Part shown: positions 12,769 through 24,273 of the stretch, one piece after another | Layout: every line of letters begins with the position of its first letter | How positions within the stretch are numbered: the stretch's first letter is position 1 | Assembly (NCBI GenBank): GCA_008632985.1 | Contig: QPGO01000015.1 | Location: forward strand, 63,998-127,997 | Reading direction: 5' to 3' | DNA: 64,000 bases | Source of the DNA: Psammoneis japonica | Taxonomy: Eukaryota | Program-made: the position numbers and the translations under genes | Notes under the pieces: generated by a model | The model's input: only the letters and a program-made list of their open reading frames with translations | What the model was told of the DNA's origin: nothing | Databases searched by the model: none

Positions 12769-13932
12769 TCACTCGCTCTCTGGAGGCTTGCCACCCGCCA
12801 TGACCCAGAACGGTAGCTTCCAGTCAGGAATCATCCAATCAGGAACTTTTTCTCTTGTTTCTTTGTCAAAACCATAAGTAGGAAGTAGAAATTTTAGGGA
12901 TCGAATACTAAGCGGCTGACTGCCATCGACATCAGAGAATCCGTATTCTTGAGCAAGCTCTGCGACCACCTGGAAGCTTCCGGATTTTACAATATTGTTT
13001 GGGTCAGTTGCAACGGCTACAACCGCCCGCCCAGTAAAATTCGGAGTCTCTGCAATATCCAAAGGAAGTCCGACAAACTCATCCCAGTCTCCGTTGTTGA
13101 CCATTTTCTCTGTTCTCTCTGTCATGACTACTCCAGGATAAAATGATGTAACACAAAAATCATCATGCCGCAACTCATAAGCCATATCTTTCGCTAGTCG
13201 GTCAACAGCCGCTTTTGCCACTCCATATGGTAAATTGAATGTGTATGACAACCCTCCAAATGACGAAATCATTCCGACAAACGGACGTTTCAGTTTTGAT
13301 CCGCCATTGACATTTCGTGATTTCAACATGAGAGGGACGGCGTAGAAGGATGCCACAAAATGACTTCTTGGCCCGATAGTGTTCTGCAGATCCCAAATAT
13401 CAATACCTTGCTCCCAAAACTTCCCAAAAAGCTTAGATGGTCCACCCGGAGGAACTCGAAATGCATTGTTGATGAGAATGTCGAGCCGCCCTTGTTCTTT
13501 CTCAACCTGTTCAAAGAGGGATCGTACCTCTTCATCATTGGCGTGATTACAAACTACCGGTATACCCTTGCCGCCCACTGATGATACCATTTCTGCAGTT
13601 TCCTCAACAGTCCCAGGCCCGCCAACGTCGTCGTTGGTTGCATATTTGCCATCTCGAGACTTCTTGTTTTTACTTGACGACGACGTTCCAGTGACATAAA
13701 CTGTCGCCCCTTCCTTGCCTAGTTCTATAGCAATCCCTTTCCCGATACCCCGGCTTGCACCCGTCACCACGCACACGCATCCATCCAAGCTGCCAGCGCC
13801 GGCGGACGCGACGTTGTCTGTCGACGAGAACAGTCGTAGATTCCGCGGCGTTTTTCTCGAAGTAGAAAAGGAGCTGGCTACTCCAATCATTACCAGTATG
13901 AGAAGTACAAAAATGACGCGCACCATGATCAA
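12769..13932 (-). CDS. Short-chain dehydrogenase/reductase, DHRS1-like, with N-terminal signal/targeting peptide
   Basis: VVTGASRGIGKGIA, LDILINNA and catalytic YGVAK motifs; hydrophobic N-terminus. Confidence 0.9.
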   Translation of the reverse strand: MIMVRVIFVLLILVMIGVASSFSTSRKTPRNLRLFSSTDNVASAGAGSLDGCVCVVTGASRGIGKGIAIELGKEGATVYVTGTSSSSKNKKSRDGKYATNDDVGGPGTVEETAEMVSSVGGKGIPVVCNHANDEEVRSLFEQVEKEQGRLDILINNAFRVPPGGPSKLFGKFWEQGIDIWDLQNTIGPRSHFVASFYAVPLMLKSRNVNGGSKLKRPFVGMISSFGGLSYTFNLPYGVAKAAVDRLAKDMAYELRHDDFCVTSFYPGVVMTERTEKMVNNGDWDEFVGLPLDIAETPNFTGRAVVAVATDPNNIVKSGSFQVVAELAQEYGFSDVDGSQPLSIRSLKFLLPTYGFDKETREKVPDWMIPDWKLPFWVMAGGKPPESE

Positions 13933-14210
13933 GGCAGCTACTGTTCAATTAGCACATTCGTAGGATTCAATGAGGTATGAACATTGGACCAGGTCTCGAC
14001 GATGTCTCGGCCAGCGGCCGCAGCGATCTTCCTTGCATCCTATTCTTCAAACATGCTTCATTTTCTTTACAGTAGGCCCTATGTCGTTTGATTGGCGCGC
14101 AATGACGTCATCGTTCTCCGATCTTTTCAGTTTTCTTGAGTCAGATTATTGAGGAGACAATGACAGACACAGTGTAAGAATAGAGAAGACGCCTGTTGTG
14201 TGAAGTGTCG

Positions 14211-16237
14211 ATGGTCTGGTATCGCTGCAGGACTCCAGCATCGCTTTTTCTATTGGGAACAACACTGAGCAGAGCATTTTGCAGTAGATCCGCATTTCCT
14301 CCGCGACACGCTACATTCATATCTCTTCGGACAATGTCGACGAAAAAGAAGTCGAAAGTCACAGCGTCAGCATCGAGTGTCCCTCATGTCGAGCTCGACG
14401 GCTTGCCGGACTGGATGCAAGTGGAGCGTACACGAGTCTTGACAGAGGATGTTACGAAACCTAAGAGCACCGGAGAATGTGTCTTGTACTGGATGCAGCG
14501 AGATGTGCGCTCCGTTCACAACTGGGCGCTTTTGTTTGCTAGGCACCTCGCAAAGAGCGACAATGTTCCTTTGGTGGTTTGTTACGCTCTTCCACCGCCT
14601 CCTGATACGGATGATGACGACGAGGAAGAAGATGGCATACCGCCAAAAACAACAGAGACTCCTCTCACGGAACGCTACGGATCATTCATGCTCGGCGGAC
14701 TCCAGTGTGTTCACAAAGAGTTCACAGACGCTGCTGTTCCATTTCACGTTATTCAACCGACCTTGTCAACTGCGGTTGGAGATGCTCTCATGGGTATCGT
14801 AGATCAGCATAAGCCCAATGTTGTGGTTACGGACTTCAGCCCTCTGCGTAATTCCCGTGAATGGACTGAAAAACAGGCTGCGCCGCTTCTCCGAGAACAA
14901 GGACTACCGCTTTATCAAGTAGATGCGCACAACGTTGTCCCAGTCTGGATAGCTTCGGATAAAAGGGAAGTAGGCGCACGGACACTTCGTCCAAAGCTCA
15001 ACAAGCTATTACCTCAGTTTCTTACGCCATTCCCCGACTTTGAGGGAAACTCTCATGTCAGTCCCAAACCAAAACTCCCTCCATTCGAAATGGATGCATA
15101 CCGCGAGTTCCTCCGTTTAGACCCCACGGTTAAGCCTGTTGATTGGGCCAAGCCAGGAACAAGAGCTGGAATGGAACAGTTCCAAACATTTTGCCGAAGC
15201 GGGTTGAAACATTTTGACACCCTTCGGAATAACCCCACAGAGCGCCACATTTGCTCGCGGCTTTCGCCTTGGATAAACATGGGGCACGTCTCCTTCCAAC
15301 GCATTGCGAAGGAAGTAAAGGCACTGAACAAATACGCAAACGGCACAGCCTCGTTTATTGAGGAAGGCCTGGTACGACGCGAGTTGGTACGTGGGAAAAA
15401 AGAAGTTAAAGTCGCTTTTTGTATATTGTTTCTGACATTGGTCTTGCTAACCTTTTTCTGCGTTCTCCGAAGAGTGATAATTTTGTCTTCTACGCCCCTG
15501 ACAACTACGATTTTCTTGAATCTGCTGCTCAGTGGGCCCAGGACTCACTCGAACTCCATTCATCTGACGAGCGTGAGTATATCTACACCCTAGAGCAATT
15601 TGAACGCGGGGAGACCCACGATGACTTATGGAACGCCGCTCAGCTGCAAGTGGTGAGGGAGGGAAAACTTCATGGCTTTGTGAGTAGCTTTATACTATTT
15701 TCCTTTCTCGCCTCTCTCGTGTACCCCAGTCTCTCATAAGCCCCTTGCCTCTTCTGCGCTGCTGTATCGTCCCTCGAACTATGCTAGCTTCGAATGTATT
15801 GGGCGAAAAAGGTCTTGGAGTGGACACCTTCTCCTGTGGTAGCTCTACGGACTGCCCAGTATCTTAACGACAAGTACGCCCTCGACGGAAATGATCCAAA
15901 TGGCTTTGTCGGGGTTGGCTGGAGCATCATGGGAATTCATGACATGGGCTGGAAAGAGAGGCCAATCTTCGGCAAGATTAGATTCATGAACTACGCGTGA
16001 GTCCCGCAGTTTGATTGATATATTTGTATTCAGTCATGTCGCAGTTCTCTAACATTGTGTGTGTTCATTTGCAACTCTATAATGCTGTTATATAGAGGCT
16101 GCAAGCGCAAGTTTAAGGTGAACGATTTCGTCGAAATGTACGAAGGAGCAAAAGAGAACTCGTTGAGCGTTCAGGGAGACAATGGTCAATCGGCTAAGAA
16201 GCAGAGCGGCAAGAAACGGAGCCGTGCAGAGAAATAG
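14211..16237 (+). CDS. Class II CPD photolyase
   Basis: VLYWMQRD.R...[53 protein letters not shown] and FGKIRFMNY motifs; introns at about 15387-15472, 15680-15788 and 15997-16096. Confidence 0.95.
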
Positions 16238-16365
16238 ACAACCATCAAAATGTAGCGTTTCGACCCTCGCCGCGAGACCGCCGGGAAAGATCGTTCAAAG
16301 CACAGTCGCAGTTTGTGTGCCATAAGAATTACAGAATATCTACGGTAGCAATTTACCTAAAGCTG

Positions 16366-17491
16366 CTACCCGTAAAAAGTACTGTTTGAAACGTCCTCGA
16401 TAGAAGCGCAACGTAGAACGGGCCGACGCGCAAGGCTCATTTTGGTTGACGCAGCTGCGCAAATATCCTTGCCGAGACTTGCAATATCATTTTGAACTGA
16501 TTTCAGGTCTTCTCCAATAGTCTCAAACGGCATCGTCCAACGAAAATCATAATCCAGCTGTGATTCGTCTTTCGAATCCAACGCTATCTCCAAACAAGAT
16601 GGAGAATTAGCTTGTTCCACCTCTTTGAGACCACATTGTGCGTTTGCTCGGGAGTGCATGACGTTTGCTTCGATGGAGTTAATTTTTTCTTGTTGCGATT
16701 CCACAACGCGACCCAATTCTTTGTAAATTTCTTTAACTTGATGCATAGACTTGTTAATTCCTCTCACTTCTGTCTCCCGCTCTCGCATGGCACGAACAAA
16801 AAAATCTTCTTCCTGTTGGGCAATCATTTTCTGCTGAATCTCAGCTGGACTTAGCCACTCTACTGGAGCAGGGATATCTTCATCATCGTCCGTTCCAATG
16901 TTGTACCGTATCAAGAGTGACTGAAAGGAGTCATGTGCGCGACAGTAATCACGGGTGAGTTTTTCGTGCAACAGTTTCGTCTTTTGATCAGGCATGCTTG
17001 GAGAATAATTCATATCGGTGAAGTAGTCTTGGAGTTTTTGACATATTTCGACATCCGCTTCTTTTGCTGATCTAACCATGATTCGTGATCTCCAATGATC
17101 TTCGGGAGACTGGTCTCTTCGTTTCAAGGTCGATTCAATCTTCACTACTAATTTCTGCCGGCAGAGAAAGAACAAATAATACAGTACAAGGTTAGATGAC
17201 GCGTTGACACTATTGGATCATGTTGTGAGTGGTTTGTGATTTACTCACCTGAAAATGAACAACCTCATCGGAAATTCTGGACTTGGTTCTCGAAACAAAA
17301 CCTGCCGGTGGAGTCACAACCCTGGAAGTGCAGGACTGGCGTCGTTCAGGAGTGCGAAACTCATTGGAAGGTTCGACACTAAACTCGCTGCACGGTGCTT
17401 GATGAATGGACCTCTTTTTAACGGTTCGCTTTTGGTGGGCTTGCTCATGAAAGGGTACACGGCGTGGTCTGCCTATATCTTGAAACGACAT
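16366..17491 (-). CDS. Second syntaxin-like t-SNARE protein (paralog of 5858-6923), no TM anchor
   Basis: Starts MSFQDIGRP; has KLTRDY and the SNARE motif ERETEVRGINKSMHQVKEIYKELGRVVESQQEKINSIE; intron at about 17248-17156. Confidence 0.75.
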
Positions 17492-17894
17492 TGGAAAGAC
17501 TGGGCGTTGTTGGTGGTCATAATTTTTTCCCTTGCATTTCGCGGCAGAAGGGAAGCGTCGAGCTTGCGGGAAAGAAAAAGCGGCGAGCCTGGCAAATTTG
17601 TGAGGGCAAAGTAGCGATTGTTCCTAGCATATTAATGTATGAACATTGGATAATCCCAAATTTTTGAATATTATTACTCCGTTGTACCTTATTCAACTAT
17701 TAAACTCCTAAGGAAGAATTAATTTTTAACACGAATCAGAATTAATATGTATTCATGGTTTAATAAAATATTGTGTTTGTAACTGATGCGACAGTCTGCG
17801 ACGGACGGACATCGAACATCGAAGTGCGCGCGGCGCTGCGCGGCGGGGATCAGGGGTTGCGACGGTTGAGGTTCAAGTTCCAAAGAGGAAAGAG

Positions 17895-20800
17895 GGCAAT
17901 TTTTTCATGTTCGTGGCCGGTTAAAGGAAAAGAGAAAAAAAGAGGGGAATCAACCGTTGAACACACACACACAATTGACCATGCAACCATGGCCAGAGTT
18001 GCACTGGCTTCTTTTGATCCAGGGTGGTTGCTGCAGGTGCAAAGAGTGGGGCACATTGCAGTTGCAGGAGGGTGACAATGTGGCACTGAGTGTGTGCCAC
18101 CAGGCTGAGCAGCCCAGCTTGGGTGTCAGCCAAGCCCTGCCAGGCCAGCTGCCCTGGCTCCAGCTGCTCTTCCCAGTGCACGTGAGTTGTTGAAGGAGCA
18201 CCACATTGACTCAAAGGCTGTGTTTTAAGTGGGGCAGAGAGAAAAAAACTGTTGTCTTGGCTGGTGCTTGCTTCAGACCCTGCATCATGAGTGCAAGCTC
18301 CTCTTGAGAAATGAGCAAGAAAACAGCCATTTTTGGCGCCTCTCTTTGGTTGCCCACTTGGCATTGCCAACAAATCTTGAACCAAACTTCACTCACAGTT
18401 TCTTCACTCTTCAACCACAAAACCAGGTTCAACTTTTTGTTGGCTTCTTTGTGGCTGGGGTCGCTGTTGCAGGCACAAATGGTGGGCACATGCCATGCGG
18501 CTGCTTGGCAACAAGAGAATGTGATGCCAAGCATGTGCTGCACACCAAGGAGCCAAGCAGCCCAGCTTAGCTTTGAATGGAGCCCCAGGACAGCAGCCAA
18601 CTCTGGGTGATCTCAGCATGGTGTGCTTGTTTGGGCTGTGCTGCACTCACCCCACAGTGCTCTGTGTTGTGGTGGCTTGTTGTGCAAGCCGTGTGGGTGA
18701 GGAGCCAGCAGCCAGCCAGGGCCCATCTTGCAAAGGCCACACATGTTGACCCTGTGCAAAGCTGTGTGAGGGGGCAGGCACAGGGATTTGCAATGATGGC
18801 TTCACAGCCGTTGGCCCCAAGCTGGCATTTGATTGGGAGCCAGTGCTGAGGGGCTGTGAAGTGTGGGGTTGGGAGCCCAGCCAGCTCGCACTCTCTTTGT
18901 TGTCACAAAGTGCTGCCACAGCTGTCTTTGCATTGCAACCAGCCAGGTGCGGTTGACCCCAAGTTGGCACTTGATTTGGGGTGACTGCCAAGGAGCTGTG
19001 AAGTGTGGGGTTGGGCAGTCCAGCCAGCTCACACTCTTTGCTGACAGCAGAAAGCGCTGTCGCAGCTGTCCTTGCGCACACATGGCCAGAGCAGCCTTGG
19101 CACATCCTGCTGACAAAACTGACAAAGACAGCGACTCTTGTGGTTGAGCCACTCAGCACGCAGGAGATCTGGGCACACTCCTGGGAAGTCAAACAGGAAG
19201 GAGGGCTGAGCATTGCCGCCAGTGCCAGGCACAAATGTCAGCTTGTCTTGAGAGAGATTCGAGCCCACACAGCCCCGCGTTGGGCATCTTTGCTGGCAAA
19301 ATGGAAAGCATTCTTGAGCACATTCTGGCATGTGGGCAGCACTGTCACCAAGAGGGCTGCTCTGCAGAGGAAGAGGGAAACAGGCAACAACATTTTGCAA
19401 GAACTGTTTTGTGTCAATGGTCGGGTGGGATGTGGCAGCATCTGGACTTTGATGGAGCATTTGGCGGACAAAGCTTGAGCACAGAGAGTTGTCCACTCAA
19501 GCTCCACAAGTGGCACTTTCCAAAGGTGACACCACACATGGGCCATGTGTTCATGCATCAACATGCCTCAAGCTGCAAGTCACACAAAAAAACCACCACC
19601 AACCTTTCAGCCAACCACCATCATGGACAGAACAGGTCAAGAGGTTCAAAACAAGAGCGATTCATTGACTCTCTTCTGGTTCCATGCATTCAAGAGCTTC
19701 TTGTCCTTCTCAAATGTTTGTTGTGCATTGTTGTCTCTTTTAATTCAAGTGCAAAGAGGAGTCACTTTTCTTGTTTCCATCTCTTGAGATGTTGTTGGTT
19801 GTTGAGTGATGCAACTTTTGTTGTCACATTTTTGGAAATGTTGGCAAACCCGATCACTGCTTGACTGTCAACCCATGCACTGTTTTGAGTCTCCATGGCA
19901 TAAAATGCCATAATTCCAGAGCCCTCAATTGTTTCATCAAACGCAGTGCTTTGAAACACGTCCAACATCAACTCGACTCAGTTGAAATCCCAGTTTGTGG
20001 GCGATGAAAAATCACGAATGTCAAACAAATGGCTGCTTTCGACATCAAGATCCCCGAGTTCAATCCAAATGTGACGGTGCGCCTCACAGCTTGTGGCCAT
20101 GACACATGCAAGCATGCCTCATTGTTGTCATCGCGTCGAGTGCTCGTATCGAAAATGCCGATAGATCAAAGTTCAGGAAAAGGATGGAATACAAATTCAT
20201 TTGTGCATTCATTAGTGGCATTGGCGTAATGACATTTACGGCAGAAGCAATCTAAAATCCTTGTTCATCAAAGGTAAAGATTTCATGCTCGTGGCTGGTT
20301 AACGATAAGCCCATAGCCCAATCTCTTTGTCTGACTTCGAGCCAAAGTAAGCTAAATGGTTAGTGTAAATCGTTAAGTGTCATTTCCACTTCGACACAAA
20401 GAAAGCTAAATGGTTAGTGTAAATACTTAAGTGTCATTTCCACTTCCATACAAAGACAGCTAAATGCTTAACGGTAGTGGTCAGATTTCAAAATCTGAGC
20501 AATACAGAAATGTCAATGATGAACAAGGATTTTAGATTGCTTCTGCCGTAAATGTCATTACGCCAATGCCACTAATGAATACACAAATGAATTTGTATTC
20601 CATCCTTTTCCTGAACTTTGATCTATCGGCATTTTCGATACGAGCACTCGACGCGATGACAACAATGAGGCATGCTTGTATGTGTCATGGCCATAAGCTG
20701 TGAGGCGTACCGTCACATTTGGATTGAACTCGGGGATCTTGATGTCGAAAGTAGCCATTTGTTTGACATTCGTGATTTTTCATCGCCCACAAACTGGGAT

Positions 20801-22891
20801 TTCAACTGAGTCGAGTTGATGTTGGACGTGTTTCAAAGCACTGCGTTTGATGAAACAATTGAGGGCTCTGGAATTATGGCATTTTATGCCATGGAGACTT
20901 AAAACAGTACATGGGTTGACAATCAAGCAGTGATCGGGTTTGCCAACATTTCCAAAAATGTGACAACAAAAATTGCATCACTCAACAACCAACAACATCT
21001 CAAGAGATGGAAACAAGAAAAGTGACTCCTCTTTGCACTTGAATTAAAAGAGACAACAATGCACAACAAACATTTGAGAAGGACAAGAAGCTCTTGAATG
21101 CATGGAACCAGAAGAGAGTCAACCAACTGCTCTTGTTTTGAACCTCTTGACCTGTTCTGTCCATGATGGTGGTTGGTTGAAAGGTCGGTGGTGGTTTTTT
21201 TATGTGACTTGCAGCTTGAGGCATGTTGATGCATGAACACATGGCCCATGTGTGGTGTCACCTTTGGAAAGTGCCACTTGTGGAGCTTGAGTGGACAACT
21301 CTCTGTGCCAAGCTTTGTCCGCCAAATGCTCCGTCAAAGTCCAGATGCTGCCACATCCCACCCGACCATTGACACAAAACAGTTCTTGCAAAATGTTGTT
21401 GCCTGTTTCCCTCTTCCTCTGCAGAGCAGCCCTCTTGGTGACAGTGCTGCCCACACGCCAGAATGTGCTCAAGAATGCTTTCCATTTTGCCAGCAAAGAT
21501 GCCCAGTGCGGGGCTGTGTGGGCTCGAATCTCTCTCAAGACAAGCTGACATTTGTGCCTGGCACTGGCGGCAATGCTGAGCCCTCCTTCCTGTTTGACTT
21601 CCCAGGAGTGTGCCCAGATCTCCTGCGTGCTGAGTGGCTCAACCACAAGAGTCACTGTCTTTGTCAGTTTTGTCAGCAGGATGTGCCAAGGCTGCTCTGG
21701 CCATGTGTGCGCAAGGACAGCTGCGACAGCGCTTTCTGCTGTCAGCAAAGAGTGTGAGCTGGCTGGACTGCCCAACCCCACACTTCACAGCTCCTTGGCA
21801 GTCACCCCAAATCAAGTGCCAACTTGGGGTCAACCGCACCTGGCTGGTTGCAATGCAAAGACAGCTGTGGCAGCACTTTGTGACAACAAAGAGAGTGCGA
21901 GCTGGCTGGGCTCCCAACCCCACACTTCACAGCCCCTCAGCACTGGCTCCCAATCAAATGCCAGCTTGGGGGCAACGGCTGTGAAGCCATCATTGCAAAT
22001 CCCTGTGCCTGCCCCCTCACACAGCTTTGCACAGGGTCAACATGTGTGGCCTTTGCAAGATGGGCCCTGGCTGGCTGCTGGCTCCTCACCCACACGGCTT
22101 GCACAACAAGCCACCACAACACAGAGCACTGTGGGGTGAGTGCAGCACAGCCCAAACAAGCACACCATGCTGAGATCACCCAGAGTTGGCTGCTGTCCTG
22201 GGGCTCCATTCAAAGCCAAGCTGGGCTGCTTGGCTCCTTGGTGTGCAGCACATGCTTGGCATCACATTCTCTTGTTGCCAAGCAGCCGCATGGCATGTGC
22301 CCACCATTTGTGCCTGCAACAGCGACCCCAGCCACAAAGAAGCCAACAAAAAGTTGAACCTGGTTTTGTGGTTGAAGAGTGAAGAAACTGTGAGTGAAGT
22401 TTGGTTCAAGATTTGTTGGCAATGCCAAGTGGGCAACCAAAGAGAGGCGCCAAAAATGGCTGTTTTCTTGCTCATTTCTCAAGAGGAGCTTGCGCTCATG
22501 ATGCAGGGTCTGAAGCAAGCACCAGCCAAGACAACAGTTTTTTTCTCTCTGCCCCACTTAAAACACAGCCTTTGAGTCAATGTGGTGCTCCTTCAACAAC
22601 TCACGTGCACTGGGAAGAGCAGCTGGAGCCAGGGCAGCTGGCCTGGCAGGGCTTGGCTGACACCCAAGCTGGGCTGCTCAGCCTGGTGGCACACACTCAG
22701 TGCCACATTGTCACCCTCCTGCAACTGCAATGTGCCCCACTCTTTGCACCTGCAGCAACCACCCTGGATCAAAAGAAGCCAGTGCAACTCTGGCCATGGT
22801 TGCATGGTCAATTGTGTGTGTGTGTTCAACGGTTGATTCCCCTCTTTTTTTCTCTTTTCCTTTAACCGGCCACGAACATGAAAAAATTGCC
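17895..22891. mobile_element. 5.0-kb palindromic (foldback-like) element with ~2.37-kb inverted arms and a 246-bp spacer
   Basis: Left arm 17895-20270 starts GGCAATTTTTTCATGTTCGTGGCCGGTTAAAGG; right arm 20517-22891 is its reverse complement, and the ORF track is mirrored. GAG flanks both ends (possible 3-bp TSD). No transposase recognised. Confidence 0.8.
20334..20470 (+). repeat. 54-bp tandem repeat (~2.5 copies) in the palindrome spacer
   Basis: GCTAAATG recurs at 20351, 20405 and 20459; unit CAAAG..AGCTAAATGGTTAGTGTAAAT..TTAAGTGTCATTTCCACTTC. Confidence 0.9.
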
Positions 22892-23059
22892 GAGGAGGAG
22901 GTGTCGTCGTGGAGCGAGGAGCGTGACTATGTGGAGCTTGGAGGCCTCTTCCAAGTAGGTAAGTCTCAATGCTCAAGGTTGAAGGTGCATCGACTTCAAA
23001 CAGCAACGCGGCGAAGTGATTTGATTTTCCTTTTCGCCTTAAAGTCGAAAATATAAGGG

Positions 23060-24037
23060 ATGTCTCGGTTGTTGAGTAACAGAAGATGGGGGTTGCCTTT
23101 CTCAGCATTGATGCTCTCGTCTAGAAGCGCAGGCGGCTTCGTTCCGCGGTTGACTTTGCCCTCTGCCACATCGAAAACTGAGAATTTGAAGTCAGCTGGT
23201 AGTTTGATTGCGCGTAGCATGTCGTCAGAGTACGGTATAGGGATGGATCAAGCGGCCATGATGGAGAGCGATCAGTTGGTGGCTGTCGATAGAAACGACG
23301 TGTTGATAAACGGTGCCACTATATCGAAACGGAAGGCTCACGAGTTTAACAAAGAAAGTCCGAGAGGAATCGCGCATCGTGCATTTTCAGTTTTTCTATT
23401 TAACGAGGAGAACGAGATGCTCCTTACTCGAAGGGCTGACTCAAAAATTACATTTCCAGGAGTTTGGACAAATGCTTGCTGCTCGCATCCACTCTTTGGA
23501 ATGAAACCGGAAGAAGTAGACGAGGTTCCAGCGGCGTTTCCTGATTTCCCCGGAATAAAATACGCGGCAATTCGGAAGCTGAAGCATGAGTTAGGGATCG
23601 ATCCAAAATTCGTTCCTCATGAAGATTTTCAGTTTGTGAAGCGATTTCACTATTGGGCTGCAGATACTTTGACGTACGGTCCAGACACTCCATGGGGAGA
23701 ACACGAGATAGATTACGTTTTGTTTCTCAGATGCGCTGAGCAGCCTAAAGTCAATCCTAATTCAGAGGAAGTGTCCGATTTCAAGTATGTTTCGATTGAG
23801 GCGCTCAAGTCTATGATGGAAGAGCCTGACTTGAAGTGGTCGCCTTGGTTTCTGGGAATTATGGAGCGTGGATGCTTTGACTGGTGGGCTGATTTAGATG
23901 GAGCCCTAGAGGGGAAGTATGTTGATCCAGAAGTGACATATTTTGCTTGTTCGGAGGAGCACTCTGCAAGCTACAACCTGCCATCACACTCGGAAGATGT
24001 TGGAGTTCTTTCTAACGAGAAGGAGCCATCGTTCTAG
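23060..24037 (+). CDS. IDI: Isopentenyl-diphosphate delta-isomerase (type 1, Nudix fold)
   Basis: HRAFSVFLFN, KITFPGVWTNACCSHP, WGEHEIDY and WSPWF motifs; N-terminal extension consistent with organelle targeting. Confidence 0.95.
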   Translation: MSRLLSNRRWGLPFSALMLSSRSAGGFVPRLTLPSATSKTENLKSAGSLIARSMSSEYGIGMDQAAMMESDQLVAVDRNDVLINGATISKRKAHEFNKESPRGIAHRAFSVFLFNEENEMLLTRRADSKITFPGVWTNACCSHPLFGMKPEEVDEVPAAFPDFPGIKYAAIRKLKHELGIDPKFVPHEDFQFVKRFHYWAADTLTYGPDTPWGEHEIDYVLFLRCAEQPKVNPNSEEVSDFKYVSIEALKSMMEEPDLKWSPWFLGIMERGCFDWWADLDGALEGKYVDPEVTYFACSEEHSASYNLPSHSEDVGVLSNEKEPSF

Positions 24038-24273
24038 CCAAGTAGGTCTCTTTATCACGAATTGTATCCTCTAATAAGCTAGAGTAGACATTCCACTTGA
24101 TGATACAGTATGACTCCCGTATCCCGAAATCAATCTCAGTTCCGTCAAAAGTCAAAACACAAACTGAAAACACACTGAGTCCACACAGGCGCGCATCGCG
24201 CACCGTGGCCACTGGAAACGATGAAGCGGTGCTGTAATAGCATTGAACGCCACAAAGCTTCAAGCTCGGGGTG

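Noticed and set aside
20334..20470. CRISPR-like array
   Set aside because: The units are contiguous tandem copies without unique spacers; there are no cas genes and the context is eukaryotic.
17900..22890. Dozens of overlapping Cys/His/Gln/Trp-rich ORFs as real genes
   Set aside because: They are expected by-products of stop-codon loss in TA-depleted DNA, mirrored in both arms, with no recognisable domains.
17895..22891. Pure fold-back sequencing chimera
   Set aside because: The arms have different unique flanks, a unique spacer and context-patterned mismatches. Read-level confirmation is still advised.
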